64,000 bases of DNA, taken from positions 56,716 through 120,715 of IMG/VR virus record IMGVR_UViG_3300042290_000327. One strand, 5' to 3'. The position numbers and the translations under genes were made by a program. The notes beneath the pieces were generated by a model. It was given only the letters and a program-made list of their open reading frames with translations, was not told the origin of the DNA and searched no databases. Positions 56,078-64,000 of this stretch are shown piece by piece (the stretch's first letter is position 1; every line of letters starts with the position of its first letter). The stretch comes from a virus.

Positions 56078-57220
56078 ATGGCAGATATTCAGATTTGGAA
56101 CGGAACTTCTAACTTTTCAGCTGGTCAAACTCCATTCGGTTTCTACGACACCGATACTGAGTTTGTTACTGATGCTAACAGAGTTGCTAAGTTCTGTGGC
56201 CAGAGACTAGGCTACCCTTTGATGGATGTAGAGCTGCAGTCAGGATCATTCTTTGCCTGCTTTGAAGAAGCAGTAACAACTTACGGCAACGAAGTATTCC
56301 AGTATAAAGTTAGAGAGAACTACCTCTCGATGGAAGGAGCCTCAAAAGCAGGAAGCTTTAACAATACTTTGATCCAGCCAACCTTAGGAAGGGTGATGGA
56401 GATCACTGAAAACTACGGAACTGAAGCAGGAGTAGGAGGAAACGTAACTAAGTACACCGGTTCGCTTTACGTCTCGGGCGGGGTACAGGTTTATGACTTA
56501 GATCAATGGGCTACAGCTCAAGGAATCACCGGAGGAATAGAGATTAGAAGAGTTTTCTTCGAAGCACCACCAGCAATCCTGCGTTACTTTGATCCTTACG
56601 CCGGTACGGGCACAGGCATCCAATCACTTATGGATGCATTTGACTTCGGATCATACTCTCCCGGTATTAACTTCCTGTTAATGCCCGCATACTACGATCT
56701 TTTAAAGGTTCAAGCTATTGAACTTAATGATCAGATCAGAAGATCAGCTTACACATTTGAACTTATCAACAATAAGCTAAGACTCTTCCCGGTCCCCAAG
56801 ACGGACGGCTATATGATGTTCGAATATTTTAAGACAGATGATAGAAGAGCTGCAGTTTCCGGCTCCGGGGCTAACCTGATTACCAATATAGGGGAAGTTC
56901 CTTACGGTAACCCTACTTATGAAGGCATCAATTCAGTAGGCAGACAGTGGATATACAAATATACCTTAGCTCTATCTAAAGAATTGCTAGGATATATCCG
57001 GGGAAAGTACCAGCAAATCCCAGTTCCGGGGTCAAACACTGCTTTAAACCAGGCTGACCTGCTTTCGGATGCAAGGACAGAAAAAACCGAACTACTTACC
57101 CAGCTCAGAGATATGCTTGAGCAAACCTCCAGACGCAATCAGTTAGAGAGAAAGGCCAACGAAAGTGAATTTATTAAAACAACACTTCAGAGTGTGCCGC
57201 TAACTATTTTTGTAGGATGA
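56078..57220 (+). CDS. neck protein (gp13-like adaptor)
   Basis: RLGYPLMDVEL; WIYKYTLAL.KELLG..RGKY. Confidence 0.75.
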   Translation: MADIQIWNGTSNFSAGQTPFGFYDTDTEFVTDANRVAKFCGQRLGYPLMDVELQSGSFFACFEEAVTTYGNEVFQYKVRENYLSMEGASKAGSFNNTLIQPTLGRVMEITENYGTEAGVGGNVTKYTGSLYVSGGVQVYDLDQWATAQGITGGIEIRRVFFEAPPAILRYFDPYAGTGTGIQSLMDAFDFGSYSPGINFLLMPAYYDLLKVQAIELNDQIRRSAYTFELINNKLRLFPVPKTDGYMMFEYFKTDDRRAAVSGSGANLITNIGEVPYGNPTYEGINSVGRQWIYKYTLALSKELLGYIRGKYQQIPVPGSNTALNQADLLSDARTEKTELLTQLRDMLEQTSRRNQLERKANESEFIKTTLQSVPLTIFVG

Positions 57221-57531
57221 TACTGCTAGAAGAACTTTTAAGTGAGGTAGAATTCAGGATGTACAAGACTTATGTCTATGTAGAGTTCAATCCTGATACC
57301 GACATTACTACCATCGCCCAGCTAATCAGAAGCGTAGACAAGGTCGCAGTCGTGAATAACAAATCTAATAAGGAGGATGACAGACCAAGGGGTCTGCTAT
57401 TGATAAAAATTATCACCACTAAGCCAGCCCTTGAGACCTTCCAGGAATTACAAAGAGCTGCAATGACTACAATCCCTGACCTAAAAAAATTCCAATTCTC
57501 TGAACGTCACATCGAGCAATCTGAGATATGA
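57217..57531 (+). CDS. hypothetical protein with leader MILLEELLSE
   Basis: Coupled ORF. Confidence 0.7.
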   Translation: MILLEELLSEVEFRMYKTYVYVEFNPDTDITTIAQLIRSVDKVAVVNNKSNKEDDRPRGLLLIKIITTKPALETFQELQRAAMTTIPDLKKFQFSERHIEQSEI

Positions 57532-58013
57532 GTTTATTCGGCAGTCAAAACGATTTTAAACTGATCCGGAAAATGAACCGGGCCCTGCTTAGAGACATCA
57601 TCCAGCAGGAAGCAGTTTACTATAAAATTTCATTAGAGGATACCCAGTCCAATATCTACGGAGAATCTCTTCATAAGACTTTCTTACCGCCTGTTCTTAT
57701 CAATTGCCTACTAACGACCTCAGATCAGACAGCTACCGCAGATGAATTCGGTCCTGATATTCAGAGAACTCTTTCATTTGCTTTTCTGAGAGACGATCTA
57801 GTGGACGCAAGCCTGGTACCGGAGATCGGAGATATTATAATGCTATATGAGAACTACTACGAAGTAGATCTTGTAAAAGAAAATCAGTACTTCTTCGGTA
57901 AGGACGATTCTTACAACTACGGAAGAGGGGATAAGCACGGAGAGAGTATTTCAATAATCTGTGAGACTCATCTAACAAGAGCCGACAAGCTCGGAATACT
58001 ACCGACTAGATAA
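57528..58013 (+). CDS. head-closure/neck protein (gp14-like)
   Basis: NIYGES, FG, PEIGDII...YYEV. Confidence 0.7.
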   Translation: MSLFGSQNDFKLIRKMNRALLRDIIQQEAVYYKISLEDTQSNIYGESLHKTFLPPVLINCLLTTSDQTATADEFGPDIQRTLSFAFLRDDLVDASLVPEIGDIIMLYENYYEVDLVKENQYFFGKDDSYNYGRGDKHGESISIICETHLTRADKLGILPTR

Positions 58014-59266
58014 TGGCACAGCAGAAATCCAACAAACCTATTCCTAAAACTCAGTCCGAACTGACTAGGGAGCAGATCACTCCCTATGATGGACGAGGAT
58101 TAGCTCCTGCTTCTAATAAGCAGAGCCGTGCGAACCAAATTTCTCTAAAAGACGATACGGTAAAGCTACCGATAATCGGGTTAAAAGATATTGATGAGGC
58201 TATCGTATTCTATTTTAAGAATGTAATAAAGCCATCGGTAATTCAAAACGGCGCTAAGATTGACGTACCGGTACTCTACGGATCACCTGAGAGATGGTCT
58301 TCAGTCCAGAAAGACGGCTTCTACAGAGACAAAGACGGAAAACTGCAAGTACCTCTTATCATGTTCAAGAAAAGTAACATCGAGAAGAATAGGAACCTAG
58401 GCAATAAGTTAGACGGTAACGAGGTTAACAACTTTGTGATTTATCAGAAAAAGTATTCAAAGAGAAATATATACGACAGGTTTTCACTCCTTGGGAACAG
58501 GAATCCTTCTGAAGAACTTTACGGAGTAGTCATTCCTGACTATGTTACGGTAACTTACCAGTGCGTTGTTTTCACCGACTACGTCGAGCAGTGTGATAAA
58601 CTCATTGAGGCTTTGAACTTTGCTTCGGACTCATACTGGGGGGATAAAGACCGGTACAGGTTCCGGGCTATGATCGATTCTTTTACTCCTACTATTGAGA
58701 TGGTCCAGGGCCAAGACCGAGGAGTAAAAGCTACTTTTAGCATTAAGTTAAATGGATATATAATTACAGATACGTATAATAGAGATAAGGCTAACCTTAA
58801 GAAATTTTACTCTAAATCCCAGCTCCTCTTTAGTGCTGAGACTGTAACCGATGTTAATGGAACACAGGTACAGTCTACGTCTTTTGAAAATAAAGGAGCA
58901 GTAAGATTCTACGATGGTCAGCTTAATGCACCTCAAATAATAACACAAATCGTAGCCGGTATGACAGCAGAAGAAATAGTGTACGTTTCGCTAAGAAATG
59001 CAACGATAGCGAATTCTAAATCCGGCAGTACTGCTACATTTACTAATAGAACGATTGTAACACCTCCAAGCGGATTTGCTGCAATTACAACTAAGGATTT
59101 TGAAGTTTATATTAACGGTAGAAGAGTGCCAGATTCTCAAATCACCTCAGTCACTCAAGTAGGTGCTGATATTGACGTATTACTTGATGTTGCAGGATTC
59201 TTTGAACAAGCTGGTGCAGTTTTACAGACAGTAGATGAAGTTTTACTTATAGGAAAGTTTAATTAA
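58013..59266 (+). CDS. tail terminator / sheath stabiliser (gp15-like) with C-terminal extension
   Basis: VPVLYGSPERW, PLIMF, PDYVTVTY. Confidence 0.7.
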   Translation: MAQQKSNKPIPKTQSELTREQITPYDGRGLAPASNKQSRANQISLKDDTVKLPIIGLKDIDEAIVFYFKNVIKPSVIQNGAKIDVPVLYGSPERWSSVQKDGFYRDKDGKLQVPLIMFKKSNIEKNRNLGNKLDGNEVNNFVIYQKKYSKRNIYDRFSLLGNRNPSEELYGVVIPDYVTVTYQCVVFTDYVEQCDKLIEALNFASDSYWGDKDRYRFRAMIDSFTPTIEMVQGQDRGVKATFSIKLNGYIITDTYNRDKANLKKFYSKSQLLFSAETVTDVNGTQVQSTSFENKGAVRFYDGQLNAPQIITQIVAGMTAEEIVYVSLRNATIANSKSGSTATFTNRTIVTPPSGFAAITTKDFEVYINGRRVPDSQITSVTQVGADIDVLLDVAGFFEQAGAVLQTVDEVLLIGKFN

Positions 59267-59267
59267 A

Positions 59268-59522
59268 ATGTCAAGGATAGGCCTAAGAGAATTAGATCCA
59301 TCAGGATCGTTAAATATAACAGGATCCTTCTCAGTTCAAGGGCAAACCGTACTGTATCAAACTGCAGTAAGCCAGAGTGCCTTGATAGTCTCAGGAGCTA
59401 TAGAGATCGTAAAAGCACAGATTCAATCCCAAGTAGTTTCAGCCAGCCTAACAATTCAGAACCTAGGCACCCTTGCAGATCGAAGCAGTAATGCTAATTT
59501 AGATTTAGGAGGTTTTTATTGA
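59268..59522 (+). CDS. small structural protein ending DLGGFY
   Basis: SGS/TGS-rich ORF. Confidence 0.65.
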   Translation: MSRIGLRELDPSGSLNITGSFSVQGQTVLYQTAVSQSALIVSGAIEIVKAQIQSQVVSASLTIQNLGTLADRSSNANLDLGGFY

Positions 59523-59555
59523 TATTTATATTAAGACTCAAACAGCACCACAAAA

Positions 59556-61535
59556 ATGGCACAAAAAATATTATTACGTAGAGGCGGTATAGGAAACATT
59601 GGCAGCACCATCGCTGTAACGAAGGGTGAACTAATCTTTGCTTCAGGAAGTTCTGGCGGAGTAGAGAACATAGTTTTCATTGCTAATGCAGACGGCAACA
59701 ATACCTTCACTCCTGTAAGCAGATTAGCCCAAGGTACTGCAGCAGCAAACTCGTTTAACTCTACACTAAACGGAACACCTTACTACAAGACTGACTCCCA
59801 GGCTCTCTTCATTCTTAATAATGCCGGCAGTACTGCATTAGACCTTTCAGGTAACTTAGAGGGTACTACTATCTCTAGCATCACTGCTACGGGTTCATTC
59901 AGCGGATCATTTACAGGCAACGGTTCAGGATTAACGAACCTCTCTCTAGCCAGCATCACCGCACCGGGCAGTACCACTGAAGTACTTTTTAACAACGCAG
60001 GAGCTATCGCAGCAACAAGTAACTTAAAAGTTACTGGAACAGCTTTAGATGCTACGACTTTAAATATTAATACAACCGGAAACATTACCGGTTCTAATTT
60101 AAAGCTAACCGGCAACGCTGAGATTAGCGGTAACGTAGTAATCGGAGGTAACATTACAGTAGGTGATGCCAATACCGACTTTATTAGCTTTGGAGGAGAG
60201 ATATCTTCTTCAATTGTACCGGACATTGATAGTGCATTTGACCTGGGTAGTACTTCAAAAAGGTGGTTAAATATCTTCGGAGATAACGTAAGCGGGTCTA
60301 CAGCTGTATTTGCAACAGGTATATCCTCTTCAGGATATCTCTATGCAGCAGGAGCTCTAGATATAGACGGCAACGCTACTATTGCAGGAACTCTAGCTGT
60401 AGCTACGGGAATCTCTTCCTCAACGTATCTTTACGCCGGAGGCAACCTAGACGTAGAAGGAACTTCAACATTAACAGGAAATACAACGGTAGGAGCTACA
60501 CTAACCGTTACTACAGGAGTTTCTTCTTCGGGATATCTCTACGCTGGTGGCAACCTAGATGTAGATGGTAATACAGACCTAACAGGCACCCTTACAGTAG
60601 GAGGTCAAACAAACCTAAACGGAAATATTAACTTAGGAGATGCTGCAACAGATGTTATAGCATTCAAGGCCGATGTAAGTTCAAGTATTATTCCTTCTGT
60701 TAATGCCACCTTTAACATCGGTGGACCCTCAGATAAATGGTTACAGGGATACTTCGTAAGCGCCTCTATCGATAGCTTATTAGTCGGCGGAGTTAACCCA
60801 ATGGCAATGACTCTTGACGACGTCATGAACAATGGTAATACTACCAACAATGATTTTGTCTTAAACAATAACGGTAACCAGTCCATCACCCACACCGGTG
60901 CTACTGGCAACCTATCGATATCTTCTCAAAACGGTAGCACCTTAATCGAAGGCACAACGTTTGCAGGCAACAACGTAACCATCCCCGGCAACCTCACGGT
61001 ACAGGGTACGACTACGACGATCGATTCAACTACTGTCAACATCGGTGATAACATCATCGTTCTGAATGCTGTAGGAACAGTAGCTGACGGAGGTATACAG
61101 GTAGTAGATACAACAGGAACTGCCGGAACCGGTTCACTCCTTTGGAACGCTACTTCAGACTACTGGTATGCAGGGGTAAGCGGATCAACTCATTACAGGC
61201 TAACTACTTACGATAACGCTTCTCCTGCTGCTAACAGCATTCAGAAAGTAGACAGTAACGGAAGGTTAGTAGCATCATTAATAACCGACAACGGAAGTAT
61301 TGTAACTGTAGCAGGAGCTATCAGCGGTAGTACAATCACTGCTTCTACAGGATTTGTAGCAACCGGATTAACAGGAGTTATTGATACTTCTTCTAGAGTA
61401 ATCTTTAGAGACGGATCAAACAGATTAGGAGCTCTTGCAAACACAGACTCAGCTATAGAAGTATCAACACTAGTTGGATATAAAGCTGACGGAACTTTCG
61501 TAGCAACTTCGGTAATCGACGGAGGAACGTTCTAA
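59556..61535 (+). CDS. tail fibre / whisker-like protein
   Basis: MAQKILLRRG N-terminus, beta-helix-like repeats (GISSSGYLYA.G.LD.DG), GNLTVQGTTTTIDST, C-terminal IDGGTF. Confidence 0.8.
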   Translation: MAQKILLRRGGIGNIGSTIAVTKGELIFASGSSGGVENIVFIANADGNNTFTPVSRLAQGTAAANSFNSTLNGTPYYKTDSQALFILNNAGSTALDLSGNLEGTTISSITATGSFSGSFTGNGSGLTNLSLASITAPGSTTEVLFNNAGAIAATSNLKVTGTALDATTLNINTTGNITGSNLKLTGNAEISGNVVIGGNITVGDANTDFISFGGEISSSIVPDIDSAFDLGSTSKRWLNIFGDNVSGSTAVFATGISSSGYLYAAGALDIDGNATIAGTLAVATGISSSTYLYAGGNLDVEGTSTLTGNTTVGATLTVTTGVSSSGYLYAGGNLDVDGNTDLTGTLTVGGQTNLNGNINLGDAATDVIAFKADVSSSIIPSVNATFNIGGPSDKWLQGYFVSASIDSLLVGGVNPMAMTLDDVMNNGNTTNNDFVLNNNGNQSITHTGATGNLSISSQNGSTLIEGTTFAGNNVTIPGNLTVQGTTTTIDSTTVNIGDNIIVLNAVGTVADGGIQVVDTTGTAGTGSLLWNATSDYWYAGVSGSTHYRLTTYDNASPAANSIQKVDSNGRLVASLITDNGSIVTVAGAISGSTITASTGFVATGLTGVIDTSSRVIFRDGSNRLGALANTDSAIEVSTLVGYKADGTFVATSVIDGGTF

Positions 61536-61555
61536 AGAAACTTATTATAGATTAA

Positions 61556-61579
61556 GAGAGCCGGCAACAGCCGGCTTTC
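61556..61579 (+). terminator. probable terminator hairpin
   Basis: gagagccggc-aaca-gccggctttc. Confidence 0.65.
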
Positions 61580-61641
61580 CTATTTATAAGAGTCTATATA
61601 GACATTTGCAGGTAAATACCCTTTAAAGAAGTTCCATCTCT

Positions 61642-62196
61642 ATGGCCCAGAACATAAAACTGAAAAGATCTTCAGTATCAGGCAAAGTCCCTACCACCGC
61701 CCAGCTAGAGCCCGGTGAAATAGCCATCAACACCGCCGACGGTAAGCTATACTTTGAAAGAGACGATTCCAGCATCCAGACCATCGTCACTACTAATGCA
61801 CTAATCACCGGTAGCTTAAATATTAACGGATCAGTAAATGTATCCGGAAGTTTAATAGCTTCAGGAAGCTTAACCGTTAGAGGAAGCGCTGCGGTAGTAC
61901 AGGAGGGTATTTTAGTATCCGGTACGACTACCCTTACCGTTAAATCCATTAGTACAGGTTCATATGAAGGAGCCTTCTTAGACTACTTAATTGTAAGTGG
62001 AAGCAACAAAAGAGCCGGCACTCTGACCTCGGTCTGGACCGTTTCGGATATCGAATGGAAGGATGTCTCTACCCTAGATTTAGGGAGTACTGAAGGTGCA
62101 GAATTCACTCCGACTCTTGCCGGATCTAATGCTAACATAGTCTTAGCAGTACCGGCCGGAACCTGGACAGTAAAGGGTCACCTAAGATATATGTAA
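61642..62196 (+). CDS. fibre-associated protein
   Basis: IKLKRSSVSGKVPT...L.PGEIAINTADGKLYF, typical of T4-type fibre N-termini. Confidence 0.75.
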   Translation: MAQNIKLKRSSVSGKVPTTAQLEPGEIAINTADGKLYFERDDSSIQTIVTTNALITGSLNINGSVNVSGSLIASGSLTVRGSAAVVQEGILVSGTTTLTVKSISTGSYEGAFLDYLIVSGSNKRAGTLTSVWTVSDIEWKDVSTLDLGSTEGAEFTPTLAGSNANIVLAVPAGTWTVKGHLRYM

Positions 62197-62251
62197 CATA
62201 TTTATATGAACAATAACAACCGTCCTTTGGATAGAGAAAAAGGAGTAAACT

Positions 62252-64000
62252 ATGGCTAATAATAAGTTTGTTGCCCGGAACGGCATCCTATCGAAAGATG
62301 ACTCGGTAATTTCCGGTAGCCTAGCTATCTCAGGAAGTCTTTCAGTCAGTATTGTCCCGGTTGATAACGCCTTAACTAGCTTCTTAGTACTAGCCGCAGA
62401 CGGAACAGTTAAGACTCGGTCAACTGGAGCACAAGGTATTCAAGGTATTCAAGGTACCCAAGGTACCCAAGGCACACAAGGTACGACAGGTACTCAAGGT
62501 ACTCAAGGAATTCAAGGTATAACAGGCACCCAAGGTATTCAAGGAAGACAAGGTACCACTGGTACTCAAGGTATAACAGGTACCCAAGGTATTCAAGGAA
62601 CTCAAGGTACTACTGGTACTCAAGGCACAACGGGTGCTCAAGGTATTCAAGGTATCCAAGGTATTACTGGTACTCAAGGTACTCAAGGAATTCAAGGGAC
62701 CCAAGGTACAACAGGTACCCAAGGAATCCAAGGCATAACAGGTACCCAAGGTATTCAAGGAAGACAGGGTATAACAGGTACTCAAGGTACTACTGGTACT
62801 CAAGGTATTCAAGGTACCCAAGGTACTCAAGGTACTATCGGAACTCAAGGTATTCAAGGTACCCAAGGTACTCAAGGTACTATCGGAACTCAAGGTACTA
62901 CTGGTACTCAAGGTATCCAAGGTATTCAAGGTACTACCGGAACTCAAGGTACTACTGGTACTCAAGGTATCCAAGGTATTCAAGGTACTACCGGAACTCA
63001 AGGCACTACTGGTACTCAAGGTACAACAGGTACCCAAGGTATACAAGGTATAACTGGTACTCAAGGTATCCAAGGCATAACAGGTACCCAAGGTATTCAA
63101 GGAAGACAGGGTATAACAGGTACTCAAGGTACTACCGGAACTCAAGGCATTCAAGGTACTCAAGGTATTCAAGGTATTCAAGGGACTCAAGGTATTACTG
63201 GTAATCAAGGCACAACAGGTACCCAAGGTACTACCGGAACTCAAGGTACCCAAGGTACAACAGGTACTCAAGGTATCACCGGTACCCAAGGAATTCAAGG
63301 AAGACAAGGTATAACCGGAACTCAAGGCACTACCGGAACTCAAGGTATCCAAGGTATAACTGGTACTCAAGGTATTACTGGTACCCAAGGGACTACCGGA
63401 ACTCAAGGTACAACAGGTACTCAAGGTATCCAAGGTACTCAAGGTATCCAAGGTACTCAAGGTATCCAAGGACCTGGATTTACTACAATTACTAATTTCT
63501 CTAGTAGCAGGGTTCTAACTTCAACAGGTGCTAATACAGCCAACGCTGAGGTTAACTTAACTTTTGACGGCAGTATTTTAAGAGTAACAGGAAGTGAAAT
63601 TATAAAAGGCGGAGCTAACGTTCTGCTAGTTCAAGGTTCAGGATCTACAGCAAATACAACAGTTTTTGCCGTAGACGGAAACAGTGGCAGGTTATTCGAA
63701 ATTACTGATGATCTAACAGGAGATATCTTTACAGTCTCAGATATATCAGGTACACCATTCCTTAACGTAGATGCAAGCGGTAATATCGAAGCAGGTATTT
63801 CCGGATCAACTACTACCGTCTCAGGAAGTTTAAAGCTTGAGACTCCTCTCACAGATAATGCATTAACAGATTTTCTTGTAAGAGCTTCAGACGGTACACT
63901 AAAGACTAGAACTTCAGGAGCACAGGGTATTCAAGGTACTCAAGGAACTACTGGAACTCAAGGAACTACCGGAACTCAAGGTATCCAAGGCATAACAGGT
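62252..64000 (+). CDS. collagen-like tail fibre (partial, runs off the window; missing from ORF track)
   Basis: ATG at 62252, MANNKFVARNG...; open frame with G-X-Y repeats; TATTTATA at 62199. Confidence 0.9.
   Translation, partial: MANNKFVARNGILSKDDSVISGSLAISGSLSVSIVPVDNALTSFLVLAADGTVKTRSTGAQGIQGIQGTQGTQGTQGTTGTQGTQGIQGITGTQGIQGRQGTTGTQGITGTQGIQGTQGTTGTQGTTGAQGIQGIQGITGTQGTQGIQGTQGTTGTQGIQGITGTQGIQGRQGITGTQGTTGTQGIQGTQGTQGTIGTQGIQGTQGTQGTIGTQGTTGTQGIQGIQGTTGTQGTTGTQGIQGIQGTTGTQGTTGTQGTTGTQGIQGITGTQGIQGITGTQGIQGRQGITGTQGTTGTQGIQGTQGIQGIQGTQGITGNQGTTGTQGTTGTQGTQGTTGTQGITGTQGIQGRQGITGTQGTTGTQGIQGITGTQGITGTQGTTGTQGTTGTQGIQGTQGIQGTQGIQGPGFTTITNFSSSRVLTSTGANTANAEVNLTFDGSILRVTGSEIIKGGANVLLVQGSGSTANTTVFAVDGNSGRLFEITDDLTGDIFTVSDISGTPFLNVDASGNIEAGISGSTTTVSGSLKLETPLTDNALTDFLVRASDGTLKTRTSGAQGIQGTQGTTGTQGTTGTQGIQGITG
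62426..63469 (+). repeat. 9-bp tandem repeats encoding about 116 G-(T/I)-(Q/T) collagen triplets
   Basis: ggtactcaa/ggtattcaa/ggtactact units; a second tract starts at 63917. Confidence 0.95.

Larger units (their letters stand above)
142..62206 (+). promoter_or_regulatory. putative late promoter motif TATTTAT(A/T)
   Basis: Upstream of starts at 142, 12468, 16310, 18543, 21259, 27254, 32892, 37796, 41368, 46574, 48480, 52187, 55326, 56056, 59523, 61581 and 62199. Confidence 0.75.

Noticed and set aside
62420-63469. 349-aa minus-strand ORF
   Set aside because: Antisense shadow of the 9-bp collagen repeats; the + frame from 62252 is the real gene
195-63852. Many short minus-strand or alternate-frame ORFs (e.g. 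195-467, 45166-45495, 52491-52967, 59783-60226)
   Set aside because: Nested within well-supported + strand genes, with no promoter or recognisable motif
1-64000. tRNA/rRNA genes, introns, inteins, DGR and stop-codon recoding
   Set aside because: No cloverleaf with T-loop GTTC(G/A)A context was found by eye; terminase, portal, primase and capsid genes are uninterrupted; no reverse transcriptase; TAA, TAG and TGA all end genes

Overview
This window is 64 kb of a large T4-like (contractile-tail) tailed phage genome, almost entirely on the + strand and read with the standard code. The host is very probably a Bacteroidota. About 27 copies of GTTG-N20-TAnnTT(T/A)A match the Bacteroidota -33/-7 promoter architecture, leaders are A-rich and lack Shine-Dalgarno sequences, and an Hc1-like histone gene is present. 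Layout: (1) 0-5.2 kb small regulatory/unknown genes (DksA/TraR-like Zn finger, HNH-like, DUF932). (2) 5.2-6.2 kb non-coding repeat zone with AACCGT repeats, palindromes and an orphan leftward promoter. (3) 6.2-11.8 kb array of 18 small ORFs, 15 headed by a near-identical 45-60 bp promoter/leader repeat, and closed by a terminator and 11-bp-phased AGGTC repeats. (4) 12-16.7 kb T5orf172 nuclease, HD hydrolase and gp55-like late sigma. (5) 16.7-30.1 kb baseplate module. (6) 30.1-37.3 kb GIY-YIG, kinase-like protein, primase, exonuclease, two Pol-beta nucleotidyltransferases (one a four-domain fusion) and a HAD nucleotidase. (7) 37-44.3 kb cluster of probable head-internal proteins. (8) Spanin-like pair, terminase, portal, prohead protease, scaffold, major capsid, PhoH, neck/terminator and fibre genes, ending in a proline-free collagen-like fibre. 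The best candidate for an undescribed system is a set of about 20 late proteins that share a T4 CTS-like N-terminal leader ending in (L/I)-x-E. They include kinase-like, nuclease-like, nucleotidase and HiPIP-like proteins, plus polyproteins cut into modules by internal LxE sites, which suggests a modular library of virion-packaged, protease-matured effectors. A late motif TATTTATA, the exact reverse complement of the T4 late promoter, precedes the late operons. All functional calls come from visual motif recognition; no database searches were run.
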